A stretch of DNA of 64,000 nt from Eledone cirrhosa. Taxonomy: Eukaryota. The DNA lies in assembly GCA_964016885.1 (NCBI GenBank), contig OZ024751.1, positions 13,764,001 through 13,828,000 of the forward strand, written 5' to 3'. This document shows, one piece after another, positions 25,064 through 38,960 of the stretch; the first letter of the stretch is position 1, and the number at the start of each line of letters is the position of its first letter. The notes below the pieces were generated by a model. That model saw nothing but the letters and a program-made list of their open reading frames with translations, was not told the DNA's origin and searched no databases. The translations under genes were made by a program, and so were the position numbers.

Positions 25064-25101
<38 letters not shown>

Positions 25102-25106
<5 letters not shown>

Positions 25107-25293
25107 AACGAGTAGGACCCCGACGGCTAAGCTCAAGCCGTTTCGACGGTTAATTCAGTCCAGAATTAGCCGTCGAAACGGCTTGAGCTCAGCCGTCGGG
25201 GTCCTACTCGTTCCTATTACCCACTCTACTACCCTAAGTATTGAGTACTTTGGTGTGTTATGGTCCATCTGGTTCCTTACCACATTCCCTTCG

Positions 25294-25296
<3 letters not shown>
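25102..25296 (+). mobile_element. hairpin-headed element, copy
   Basis: Highly similar to 11621-11816; within (TA)n. Confidence 0.85.
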
Positions 25297-25338
<42 letters not shown>

Positions 25339-25524
25339 TAGGTAATAATGGATATTTGATACAGAAATTTGACGGCTGCAGCTTGAAAAATGCCGTCTCC
25401 CTCATACTCATATTGAGAGTAGGAGTCGGGCTGGAATATATGGATGATGTCTGAGGTAGGCATTATGGAGGATGTGTCTTAGCTCTAATATAGACCTAGC
25501 ACCTTATGATATCATTATCATTAT

Positions 25525-25918
25525 TCAGTATCGGTAGAGGGTCGGACGCCATGCTTTTACGCATAGAGTTACGGCCCTTTATGGTCTGAGTTCAACTCCC
25601 ACCGAGGTTGACTTTGCCTTTCATCCTAACGGGGGTCGATAAAATAAAGTACCAGTAATACACTGGGATAATTGCTGGCCTTGTGCCAAAAGTAGAAACA
25701 GTTATCATTGGATTGGTAGACCCTCCATCTCAACTCTACTTTTCAGTAGAGAGTCGGACGCCATGCTTTGCAGCAAAGAGTTACGGCCCTTTATGGTCTG
25801 AGTTCAAATCCCGCCAAGGTTAACTTTGCCTTTCATCCTTACGGGGTCGATAAAGTAAAGTACCAGTAATGTACTGGGAAATCGCTGGCCTTGTGCCAAA
25901 AGTAGAAACAATTATTAT
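25525..25918 (+). mobile_element. two tandem SINE copies
   Basis: Cores at 25525-25705 and 25745-25918. Confidence 0.9.
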
Positions 25919-26261
25919 CATTTTAGTTCTGTTTTTTTCATGCTTACATGGGTTGGCTGGGTCTTCTTCAACACAGATTCACTTCCATTCCTTCATTATC
26001 TTCGCTGTAATACAAATAGTTTCATAACTTCGTGAATGGCTTTGTAATTACAAATGTAGTCTTTACGAGTTTGGAATCCAATGGTCTTATCTATTGATGT
26101 TTTGTTTATTGTTGGCTTTGTTATCTGAGTACATTTATTAAGTAGAGGACATTCGATGATTGCTTGCGTTTGTTCTATATATGTATATAGTATATATGTG
26201 TAATATAAGTGTATGTATAGTTAGGGTATTTATCGAAAGTGAATAGATTGGTTGGAGTAAA

Positions 26262-26442
26262 AATTGTTTCTACTTTTGGCACAAGGCCAGCAATTACCCC
26301 AGTGCATTACTGGTACTTTCTTTTATCGACCCCCGTAAGGGTGAAAGGCAAAGTTAACCAAGGCGGGATTTGAACTCAGAATGGTAAGGGCCGTAACTCT
26401 GTGCGTCAAAGCATGGCGTCAGACCCTCTACGGATACTGCCA
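26262..26442 (-). mobile_element. tRNA-derived SINE
   Basis: Reverse complement of the SINE consensus. Confidence 0.9.
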
Positions 26443-26468
26443 CAATGGTCTTGTTTATATGTGTGTAA

Positions 26469-26559
<91 letters not shown>

Positions 26560-26561
<2 letters not shown>

Positions 26562-26712
26562 ACGAAGGGGGTGTGGTAAGGAACCAGATGGACCATAACG
26601 CACCAGAGAACTCAATACTTAGGATAGTAGAGGTTGGTAATAGTAGGAAAATGTTTAACCCCGACGAAATAGCCGTCGAAACGGCTTGAGCTCTGCCGTC
26701 GGGGTTAAATAT

Positions 26713-26718
<6 letters not shown>
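26560..26718 (-). mobile_element. hairpin-headed element, copy
   Basis: taacgaagg..gtggtaaggaaccag tail plus gaaaatgtttaaccccgacg/cgtcggggttaaatattttc hairpin. Confidence 0.8.
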
Positions 26719-26789
<71 letters not shown>

Positions 26790-27086
26790 GTTCAGAATAT
26801 CAGAAAACAAAAGTAACAAACGCAGGAGTAAATGTTAGAAATATTATTAGTTTCACACTTAGTGAGAGTGGGGTGTGTGGTTGCGGTGATTCGGGCATAA
26901 GCCCTTCATCAGGAGAGTGGGTGGGGTGGGGTGAGGGTTAGGAACTCCGAGAAGGAGTGAAGGGAAGTATGTAAATTTAAGGTATATCATAACTTAAGGT
27001 GTATCAATTATGTGTGATATTTGTGCTTCTCAATAGAAAAGCTCTATGAACATTTGTCCATGGCATCAATTATTGAAATTTATTGA

Positions 27087-27126
<40 letters not shown>

Positions 27127-27189
27127 GTATTCGTCTCTCTCTCTATATATATATGCATATATATATAGGGAGAGAGGAATACATATACG

Positions 27190-28060
27190 CAACCACTAAC
27201 ACCACCACCACCACCACAACCATTAACACCACCACTACCACCACCACCCCTACTACCACCACCACTACCACCACCCCACAACCACTAACACCACCACCAC
27301 CACTACCATTAACACCACGACTAACACCACCACTAACACCACCACTACTACCACCACCCCACAACCACTAACACCACCACCACCACCACTACCACCACCT
27401 CACAACCATTAACACCACTACTACCACCACCACCACCACCACCACACAACCATTAAAACCACTAACACCACCACCACCACCACTACCACCACCACCCCAC
27501 CACTACCACCCCACAACCATTAACACCACTACCACCAACACCACCACCACTACCACCACCACTCCACAACCATTAACACCACTAACACCACCACCGCCAT
27601 CACTACCACCACCACCGCCACCACCACTACCACCACTACCACCACTACCACCACCACCACCACCACATATACTTAACTTACAAAGAATATACAATAATAT
27701 TTAAGTTGTGCATGTGAGCGAAATCATTATAAAATATCAGAATTCAACAACAGGGAGTAAGGCAAATATTTGTCTAACAACAACAACAACAACAACAACA
27801 AGACCACAACAACAGCAAAACCACAACAATAACAACAACAACACCAGTACAAGAACAACAACAACCAACAACAACAAAACCACCATCAACAACAACAACA
27901 ACAAAACCACCATCAACAACAACAACAACAACAAAACCACCATCATCAACAACAACCATCATCAACAACAACAACAACAAAACCACCATCAACAACAACA
28001 ACAAAACCACAACAACAACAACAATAACAACAACAAAGGCACAACAACAACAAAACCACA
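27190..28060. repeat. (ACC)n and (AAC)n microsatellite blocks
   Basis: Direct reading. Confidence 0.9.
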
Positions 28061-28269
28061 GAATTTTTAAAATTACAATAAAGAATCACGTCAAAATGTA
28101 AACGAGACAATAAAAATCAAATTGGAAATAAAAAGGAAATTTTAAATATTTTCTGATTCCGGGTAAAATAAGACTGAATTGAATTTTAGAAAAGGGTTAA
28201 AAATTACTACAAGGAAAACATTATAAAAAATAAATTAAATTTATTGAAAAGTAATGTTAAATTATGCAT

Positions 28270-29100
28270 AGATTTATATATTTATTTACGTACGTATATA
28301 TATATATATTTGTGTATATATGTATGTATATGTTTATTTGTGTATGTATATATGTATTTATGTATATATTTATTTGTGTATGTATGTATGTATGTATGTA
28401 TGTATGTATGTATGTATATATGTGTATTTACGTATTTATGTTTGCATATATTTGTATATAGATTTACGCATTTATGTATGTATATGTGTATTTATGTATG
28501 TATATATTTGTATACATATTTACGCTTTTATGTATGTATGTATGTATGTATATGTGTATTTATGTATGTATATATTTGTATACATATTTACGCTTTTATG
28601 TATGTATGTATGTATGTATATGTGTATTTATGTATGTATATATTTGTATATATATTTACGCATTTATGTATGTATGTATGTATATGTGTATTTATGTATG
28701 TATATATTTGTATACATATTTACGCTTTTATGTATGTATGTATGTATGTATATGTGTATTTATGTATGTATATATTTGTATACATATTTACGCTTTTATG
28801 TATGTATGTATGTATGTATGTATATGTGTATTTATGTATGTATATATTTGTATATATATTTACGCATTTATGTATGTATGTATGTATATGTGTATTTATG
28901 TATGTATATATTTGTATATATATTTACGCATTTATGTATGTATGTATGTATATGTGTATTTATGTATGTATATATTTGTATATATATATTTACGCATTTA
29001 TGTATGTATGTATATATATGTGTATTTATGTATGTATATATATTTGTATATATATTTATGTATGTATGTATTTGCGTATTTATCTATATATATATTTATG
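28270..29100. repeat. ~60-bp (TATG)-rich satellite with TTTACGC core
   Basis: atttacgc(a/t)tttatgtatg recurs. Confidence 0.9.
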
Positions 29101-29169
29101 TGTTTATTTTATTTATCTAAACATTTAACATTTTTGTTTAAGTAGTAAGGAGATTTATGTATACACAAG

Positions 29170-29255
<86 letters not shown>

Positions 29256-29371
29256 GTGTGTGTATATATATGGGTGTGTTTATATATATATATATGTGTG
29301 TGTGTATATACGTACATACATAGACATATGTATGCACCCACACAAATATATATACATACATAATACATAGC

Positions 29372-29420
<49 letters not shown>

Positions 29421-29709
29421 GCCTGATTGCAGATGACAAGCAGACATCTTATACGAAGTTTCACTTATTTGTTGTGTGTGTATGTGTGTGTGTGTGTATG
29501 TATGAGTCTGTGTGTTTCTCTCTGTCTACGCCTGTGTGTTTGTGTGTGTTTCTCTGTGTGTGTGTATGTTTCTGAGTTTCTCTGTGTGTGTGTGTATGTG
29601 TGTGTCTTTCTCTGTGTGTCTGCGTGTGTGTGCCTATATTTGTGTGTGTATGTGTGTGTGTTTCTCTGTGTGTCTGCGTATATATATGTGTGTGTTTTTC
29701 TATACCTCT

Positions 29710-29794
<85 letters not shown>

Positions 29795-30663
29795 TGCGTG
29801 TGTGTGTGTGTGTGTTTGTGTGTCTGCGTGTGTGTGTGTGTGTGTCTGCGTGTGTGTGTGTTTACGTGTCTGCATGTGTGTGTGTGTGTGTATGTGTGTG
29901 TCTGCGTGTGTATGGGTGTGTGTTTGTGTGTCTGCATGTGTGTGTGTGTGTTTCGCTGACATTATTATTTTGTGAGAAAAGTAATTCCAGGACATGAATT
30001 TGATTGGAATTATAATAAATGTAAGAAATTAAATTAGAAGAAACGAAGTGAAGAAAACATATTGTTGTGGGGTGGTGGTGTTGGAAGGAACAGCGTAGGG
30101 TGGTGTGGGTGTGAGTAGTAAGGGGAACGGCGAAGAACGGTGACGAAGATGGGTGGCGAAGAATGACGAAGAAAGACGTCGAGTGGCGAAATATGGCGAA
30201 GGATGGCGAAGGATTTAGTGTGGAGATGGACAATAGTAGAATAGGTGTTGAAAGAAAATATGTAATATTTTTAATGTTTCAATATTGGTGGTGGTGGTGG
30301 TGGTGGTGGTGGTGGTGGTGGCGAAGGTGGTGGTGTTGGTTGAAGTGATGGTGTTAGTTGAAGTGATGGTGTTGGTTGAAGCGGTGGTGGTAGTGGTGCT
30401 GGTGGTGGTGTCGGCGATGGTTGCCAAGGTGCTAGTGGGGGTGGACGAGGTGGGGAAGCTGTTGGTGGTGGAGGTAGGGAAGTTGGTGGTTGTGGTGGTG
30501 GTGGTGGTATTGGGGAGGAGTAGAGGGTTTTAGTTGACAAACAAATATTTATTGAAATAAATAAAGTCTTGTTTCTGCACTTTTTTTCTTAAATTTCTTT
30601 GTTACTTTCTTTATTTTTATGTATTTATTGGTTTACAATGATATTCTCACACATTCATACACA

Positions 30664-30699
<36 letters not shown>

Positions 30700-30784
30700 A
30701 TGTGAATATATATATATATGTGTGTAGGTTTTTATACACAAATATATACATATATGCAAGTGTGAATATATATATATGCGAGTG

Positions 30785-30818
<34 letters not shown>

Positions 30819-30826
30819 AGTGTGAA

Positions 30827-30859
<33 letters not shown>

Positions 30860-31136
30860 GCGAGTGTGAATGTATATATGTGTGTATGTATGTTTTTATA
30901 TATATTCACATAAATACGAGTGTAAATATATGTGTGTATGTATATTTATATATAAACGTACACACATATACGCACACACACACACACAGACATAGACGCA
31001 CAACACACACACATATATATATATATATACATGTAGAAATATAAGCAAACAAATCCCAGGATATCAACAAGCCTCTATTAACACCATTGAACAGTTGTTG
31101 ACAGATTTATACACCTTCATATATATATATATATAT

Positions 31137-31660
31137 AATTGTTTCTACTTTAGGCACAAGGCCAGCAACTACCCAGTGCCTCACTGGTACTTTATTTTAT
31201 CGACCCCGTAAGGATGAAAGGCAAAGTCAACCTCGGCGGGATTTGAACTCAGATCGTAAAGGGACGTAACTATGCTAGAAAGCATGGCGTCCGACCCTCT
31301 ACCGATACTACCAATCCACCGCCCTTATATATTATATATATATATATATATATAATGCCTTATATGTATGTATGTAATAATTGTTTCTACTTTTGGCACA
31401 AGGCCAGCAATTATCCCAGTGCATTACTGGTACTTTATTTTATCGACCCCGTAAGGATGAAAGGCAAAGTTAACCTAGGCGGGATTTGAACTCAGAATGG
31501 CAAGGGCCGTAACTCTATGCATCAAAGCATGGCGTCCAACCCTCTACCGATGCTGCCAATTCTCTACCGATACTGCCAACTCAACACACAACCCAGCCCA
31601 GGAATCAAACCCACGACATGACTGTAACTCCAACACCCTTGCCACTAGGCCACACGTCTA
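31137..31660 (-). mobile_element. two SINE copies plus a second SINE-type fragment
   Basis: 31137-31322 and 31378-31580; caacacacaacccagcccaggaatc at 31583 also occurs at ~56680. Confidence 0.85.
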
Positions 31661-32000
31661 AACAGTAGATATCCTAATTAAAAATATATCAATGGCGACA
31701 AACATACAAGTAAAAGTCCTAGCTAATGAAAGCGCTGGTGACCACTGGAGTGAGGGTTAACAGTAGATCTTAAAATTTAAGATATAGCAATGATGAGAAC
31801 GTAGGAGTAAAAGTGGCCCATGGTAGTGAAATGGTTGAAAACCACTGGAGCGAGGGTTAACAGTAGATATTCTAATTTGAAATATAGCAATGATGAGAAC
31901 GTAGGAGTAAAAGTGGCCCATGGTAGTGAAATGGTTGAAAACAACTGGAGCGAGGGTTAACAGTAGATATTCTAATTTGAAATATAACAATGAAAACAAA
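31659..32000. repeat. 100-bp tandem repeat, ~3.4 units
   Basis: ac(c/a)actggag at 31741, 31841 and 31941. Confidence 0.9.
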
Positions 32001-32605
32001 CGTACAAGAAAGTGAAATGTACATCTTATGATATGAAAATCAGCAGAAGAAATAGGACTGACTTGAAGAAAGAGAATCATTTTAAGGTGGAAACATACCT
32101 GAATATTCTGGTCTCTCTTAATTGAACTCAGCTCAACTCAACTCAGCTCAACTCAACTCAACTCAACTCAACTTCACTAAACGTGCAGAAGCCTACGAAT
32201 GTACTGGAAGTCTGTGTTTTCCTCTTGTTTCAGTTAAATGAAAGCATTTGACTGTAATGCTCACCATGAAGATCTCAATTACAATAAATTACTCAAGGAT
32301 TTCAAGAAACTAAAACATTACATGAGCCACAATGAAGACTACAAGTTACTTTCAGACATCTACAATATATTCAGTTCAGATGAGTTGATCCCTGTTTTGT
32401 TTGGGGGGCGGTTCTTTGTTTATTTTATTATATATATATTTTTTTTTCATTGTTATTTTTACTAGAGTATTTTATTATGTGCATAATGGTGACCAACTTC
32501 TGTATCAAGGGTTTAATGTGTTAGTGGTGGAGGGAGGGGTTTAGAGGGGAACCTCAGTACATTGCTTTACCCCGTTGTCACAAATATTTTAAGACGAATT
32601 TGAAT

Positions 32606-32698
<93 letters not shown>

Positions 32699-32858
32699 AG
32701 TGTGTATACATACATAATATATATATGTGCATATATATATGTGTGTTTTGTGCATGTATGTAAGCGTGTGTTTGTGTTTGTGTATGTATGTATGTGTTTG
32801 TGCACGTAAGTGTGTGTGTGTTTGTGCATGTGTGTGTATGTAAATGTGTGTGTGTGTG

Positions 32859-32896
<38 letters not shown>

Positions 32897-33084
32897 TATT
32901 CCACTTTATTTTTATAAAATATTTAACATGTATTCTCTCTTGGACAAACAATCAAATAGCCCCCCCCCCCATCTCTCTACCTTCATCTCTAACATACATA
33001 TGCACACATAGGTACCACCTCACTAGTAGTTCCTCTTCCCACGTCTACCTGACTCCTGCCACCTTTCACCTGAACCTAACCTCT

Positions 33085-34332
33085 CACCATCCCCACCAGC
33101 ACCACCACCACCACCACTACTACGATATACCAAGCCTAGCTGGACCACACACTTTCAATACCACTACTACCACCACTACTACCATCTCCACCATCACCAC
33201 CAACGTCACTACTACTACCACCTGTACCACCACCGGCACTACCACAAACACCACCAAATAGATCATCACCATTACCAACAACAACACCATCACCACCATC
33301 AGTACCACCAGCACAAAAACCATCACCACCACCACCACTATTTCCACCACTAGTAGCACCACCAACACCTCCACCAACACCACCACCACCACTACCACTA
33401 CTCTAACCCTAACCACAGCAAGCCTATCTGGACCACACATTTTCAGTACCACCACAACCACCATCTTCATCACCACCACCACCACTAGTACCAACACTAC
33501 CACCACAACCGCCATCACCACTACTAGTACCACCACGACCATCACCACCACCACCACCATCACCACCACTAACACCACCATCACCACCATTAACATCACC
33601 ACCACCACCACTAGTACCAACACTACCACCACAACCGCCATCACCACTACTAGTACCACCACGACCATCACCACCACCACCACCATCACCACCACTAACA
33701 CCACCATCACCACCATTAACATCACCATCACCACCATTAGTACCACCACTATTACCACCACCACAACCACTAGTACCACCATCACACCATCACCATCTCC
33801 ACCACTAGTACCACAACCAGCACCATCACCACCACTAGTACCACCAACACCACCACCACCATCACCACCATCACCACCACCACCACCATCACCACCACCA
33901 TCACCACCACCACTAGTACTAGTCTCTACCACTAGTACCACCAACACCACCGCCACTAACACCACCACCACCACCATCACCACCACCATCACCACCACCA
34001 CTAGTACTAGTCTCTACCACTAGTACCACCAACACCACCACCATTACTACCACCACCACCACTAGTACCACCAACACCACTAGTACTAGTCTCTACCACT
34101 AGTACCACCAACACCACCGCCACTAACACCACCATCACCACCATCACCACCACCATTACTACCACCACCACCACCACCACCACCACCACCAACACCACTA
34201 GCACCACTAACACCACCACCACCACCACTAGTACCACCAACACCACCATCACCACCATTACCACCACCATCACCACCACCACTAACACCACCATCACCAC
34301 CATTTCTACCACCATCACCACCAGTACCACCA
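33085..34332. repeat. (ACC)n-derived low-complexity array
   Basis: Direct reading. Confidence 0.9.
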
Positions 34333-34773
34333 CAGCAATACACCAAACCTAGTTGGACCACACACTTTCAACGTTCCAATATGGCCGCCATTGTCAATGG
34401 CAGAGTGAAGGAGACAAGAAGACATGAACATGAGACGCGGTCGCCAACTGTAGAGTGAATGGTAACAACTTATAGCTAACATCTTACTTTGACATGAGTT
34501 ACATACAGAACATGGGCTGATGTGTGGGGCTGTAGCTGTGTGGGACTGTGTGATTGTGAGTGGCGTGTGTGTGGTGTGTGGTGTGTGTGTGGTGTGTATG
34601 GTGTGTGTGTGGTGTGTGTGGTGTGTATGGTGTGTGTGAGTGGAGCTGTGTGGAGCTGTGTGGGGTGGATGTGGCGTGTGGTGTGTGAATGTGTAGTGTG
34701 TGTGAGTGTGTGTATGTGTAGCTGTGTGTGTGTAGGTGTAGCTGTGCGAGTGTGTGTGTAATAGATAGATATA

Positions 34774-37700
34774 TTTCTTTATTTGCCACAAGGGCGCACA
34801 AGAAAAGGGGACAATACAAAGACATGCCGGGGATTTTACATACAGTCGTGTAAAAAATATAAAAACAAACAATTACAACAATCGAAATCCCCAATAGGGG
34901 TGAGGCGCCACAAATGGGTTGTTTAATACCCCGTCGATAGAACAACCCTCAACTTCAGGAGCGTGTTGTGCAAGTGCTCTTTTCTTCTTTTTGCTCTCTT
35001 CTTCAACCTACAGGTTTATAAATAGAGAAAGCCCAATCACTCGGGCCATTCTCGCTTCATTCACCCACCTTTCAGTAAATTTACTGGGGTGCAGTGCCTC
35101 TCTCTAAAGTGATACTTAAAGAAGGGAATCAATTGTTGTCCGGAGAGAAAGGCATCTGTCCTCAGTCCTCTCAATCTCGTCCACCATATAACTTCTTTCA
35201 CCATAGCCACCGTACAGAGGAAAACCGCCTCTCTTTCGTTTTTAAAAGAGGCTGGCGGTTTGATCCTTACTATGGACTCGGCAGTCAACTGGATTTGTCC
35301 CATACGCGACACCATTTGTTCTGCATAGTTCCACAGGTCGGTTACGCCTGGGCAGTGTACAATTGCGTGCAGGACTGTTTCAATGTCCTGCGCGCATCTT
35401 GGACACGTCCTCTTGGAAGGATCCCTGCCGGAGCGTCCGTGTCTGTAGATCTTGTCACGAACCGGTAGAGCTCCTCGGTAGCACTGCCAGTCCAGGGACC
35501 TCTGGAAGTTGTCCATAGGTCCCGGGCGGAAAGTCCTACGCGCAGAGTCTCTCTGAGCATGTTGTCGCCCTTGTAACGTGCAATCCCTCTATAGAATGTC
35601 GAAGTGGAGTCTCCACTGATTGCTGCGCCCGCTTGCCAGAGGAGTGTGAGCGCCTGAGCGCATTCAACGTGCCAGGCGCCCATCGTTTTCGGTCTTTACA
35701 TGACTCAGGACTGCAGCTCCGTCAGCGAGACGAGCTGTGGGAAAGCCTGTCTCACAAACGGTGCCCACACCGGTTGGGGGTGGTGAGGAATACCTGGAGA
35801 TGCCGCAGCCTCAGGACATGTTTTCACATTCCCAGCCCTCCGTTGGAAGGGTGCTGACAGCAGACGGATCTCCTCACCAGCGGAGCCTGCTTCTTCCACA
35901 GAAACTGGAAGAGCATGTGTTCCATCTTGGCGAGGTGTTCACGGGGACAAGGCACGACAGTCAAGCGGTAGTAGATGACGGATGCTATGAAAATGTTCGC
36001 CATCTCCGCTCGACCTTTCAAGGACAGTTTGCACGCTGCCACTTCTGGGTGAGTGCAAACACCTTGGCCGTGACCTCGTTCCAGTTTTTCTCCACCTGGA
36101 GGCCTGGACCGAACCAGACCCCGGGCAATTTCACCGGTCCGTCCGTCCAGTGTCAAACGACGCTGTCGGACGTCATCGGTTTGCCTCTCCACGTACCGAG
36201 TTGCAAACCGACAGACTTGTCCGGGTTTAGTTTTGCTCCCGTCAGCGTTTCGTATTCTTTCAGTAAGTTGCCGATCACCCCGATTTCCGAGGTGCTCGAC
36301 ACCATTACCGTCACGTCGTCGGCATAGGCCGACGCCGCTTTGCGCAGTCCCAGTTCTAGAGGGATGCCCTGCAACAGCTCCAATTTGCGCAGTAGTGGCT
36401 CTAGAGTCAATACATACAGAATGGGGGAGAGAGGGCACCTCTGTCGAATGGAACGCGTGATTGCGAACGGCTCCGATAGGTAGCCGTTCACCTTGACCCT
36501 CGAGCAGATGCTGGTGTGCATCGCCTCGATCCAGCCTCTGAACACGGGACCGAAACCGGCCGCCTTGAGAACCGCTTCCAAATATCGATGGTCGACCCTA
36601 TCGAATGCCTTAGACTGATCCAAATTGATGAGAGCTCCACCGAAGCCGGGTTTACTACCCACCCTCTCTATGATGTATCGCATGAGGTGGAGGTTGTCGT
36701 GTATGGACCTAGTCGGGATTGCACATGTTTGCGCTTTCCCTACCAGGTTCTCGACGACAAGCGCCAACCTCGTTGCTAGCACCTTGGCCAAAATGTTTAA
36801 CTCTGTGTTGAGCAGAGTTATGTGCCTGAAGTTGTTAATTTCGTCCCCCTTGTTCTCGTCTTTCCTGATCAGCGTTACTACGCCCTTGCCTGCAGAACTG
36901 GGAATTCTCCCGTTCTGCTGTCAATTGTAGTAGACGGCTTCGAGGACGCCAGAGAACAAGTCCGGCATGCCTATGTAAAACTCATAGGGTAGACCATCTA
37001 GACCGGGTGACTTGAGTTTCCCGCAGCGGCCCAGAGCGCCCCATATTTCAGTGTCCGTGATCGGTCTTTCGCAGAACTCGGCGTCCTTGTTCGAGAGACG
37101 CGGTAGGCCGCCGAGGTATGAACTAAAGTCCATTGCCCCGTTCGGCTCACCGTCGTTCTGCTCAAACAGTCGCGCAAAGTGCTGCTGAAAGGCCGCGCAC
37201 ATTTGCTTGGGCTCAAGTAGCACGCGTCCGTTTTGGTCTTTCAAAGACCGAATCGTGGACTTGTTGCCACTTTTTGCCTCCGCCACTCGTGCCCAGCTGA
37301 CAACTTTCGCTCCTTCGTTTCCTAAAGCACGTGTTTTGCTCCTGACCACGCAGCCTTCGTGTTTCGCATCGAAGAACTGGTCCAATGCCGTTCTCGACGC
37401 TAACACTCTAGCCGCGTTGCTACTTCTAAGTGCCTCCTCTACCTTGTCTACTAGTTCTCTTTCCAGTTTCTTTTTCTCTAAGGATAACTCACTGCTAAAC
37501 CCTATCGATTCTATTCTAATTGCTTTCTTGAGAGAGTACCACCATCTATTGTTGACGATGGCTCCCGTTAACTGTTGCTTGACTTGTCTTCTTATCCGTT
37601 CACTGTAAGCTTTACGTGCCGGCAACGACACGTTCAACTTCCAGTATCCGGGACTTTGTTTATGTATTCTATCACGGTTGACTAAGCAGACGACTAATTT

Positions 37701-38510
37701 GTGATCTGAATAGGCAACCATGTGCATTCGTGGACAGCTTAACATCTCCTTGTCCCTTTCTCTCATGAAGAACCTATCTAAATACGATCTAGATGTCCCG
37801 CTGCGGTTTGCCCACGTCCACTGTGGTGCAGTCAGGAAATCCAGTCGATACCTATCGGCCAGTTGGAATCGGCCGATTAAAGTTTTGAGGCTGTTGCACA
37901 CACACACACACACCCCTCTACTGGGACATGCTCCCACATAGTCCCATCGTGCATCTAGGATACCATTCCAGTCCCCCACTAAAAGTAAGGAGCGAGACGT
38001 TCCCAGAAAAGACTCTAGACGCTTAAAGAAGTCTGGCCGTGATTGCGATGGCCACCAGTCTGAAGGCTCCACCTCCAATACCGTTAATGTCTAGGACTAC
38101 CAGTCTACCCTCCGGGTCCAAGTGTACTTGTTGTACTTCGACGTCCAGGTTCTTCCGAAACATGACAGCCACTCCACCTCCACCTCCTGGCTGACAGAGA
38201 GATGCGTAGATCTCAAAGTCGTCGAAGATGGGGGTTAGTTGCTGCCTGTTGTGGATCCTGGACTATCACATCCATACCGTGTGACCTAAGGTCGTTTAAA
38301 AGTTGGCCCTGTTTCCAGAGCATCCATAGGCCACGCACATTCACGCTTCCAACTCGTAAACTAGCCATGTTGGTGAAGAAGAGTTGGAGAAAAAGGACGA
38401 AAGGTGCCCTTACCTTTTCGTTTCCTGGAGATCGGGTTGTTCAATCTCCATTTGGGTGCTGGATGGGGTGTTGGGTGGGGTGGGGAAACATTTTAACAGG
38501 ACGCGGTTGC
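34774..38510 (-). mobile_element. Tx1-clade (L1 group) non-LTR retrotransposon, 5'-truncated
   Basis: ORF2 with APE, RT and CCHC motifs; 3' end AATAAAGAAATAT + (ATCT)n; 5' end abuts (GATA)n. Confidence 0.85.
35008..38368 (-). pseudogene. disrupted ORF2: APE endonuclease - reverse transcriptase - zinc knuckle
   Basis: MASLRVGSVNVRGL start; LVGDWN, SYLDRFF, SDHK (APE); KSPGLDGLPYEFY, LDQSKAFDRVDH, RQRCPLSPILY, AYADDVT (RT); CPRC..ETVLHAIVHC; split by stops and frameshifts. Confidence 0.9.
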
Positions 38511-38575
<65 letters not shown>

Positions 38576-38576
<1 letters not shown>

Positions 38577-38668
38577 TATTTCTTTATTAGCCACAGGGGC
38601 ACAAAAGAAGGGGACAAATACAAAGGGGGAAGTTTACATACAATAAAAACGTGTAAAATGTTATCACA
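38576..38668 (-). mobile_element. Tx1-like 3'-end fragment within (GATA)n
   Basis: atatttctttattagccacaggggcaca..aggggaca is homologous to 34771-34815. Confidence 0.75.
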
Positions 38669-38672
38669 GATG

Positions 38673-38713
<41 letters not shown>

Positions 38714-38960
38714 GGGAGGGGGCAATGAAGGTAGTTGGGTGGAGGTGAAAGAAATAGGTTTAAGAAACATAAAGGAGAGCGATAGAAGTAAGGTTTACCA
38801 TGAAAGGACCTCAATAACAACATCAGCAACAACAAAACTTCTTGTTGACAGAAAACAAAAGACTTAAGTGAAAAGCATGGCGTTTCTTTTGTTGGAGAAA
38901 ATTTCAACATACAAGTGTTGGTATATTGGAGACTGTTGCATGGAACAGAGACTGGTGTAC

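Noticed and set aside
31659-32000. 100-bp repeat as another HHR array (ATGATGA...GAAA)
   Set aside because: No pairing helices around the words; kept only as a tandem repeat
34340-38960. Unique islands at 34340-34520 and 38790-38960 as exons of one gene
   Set aside because: Candidate splice phases do not match and no protein similarity was recognised
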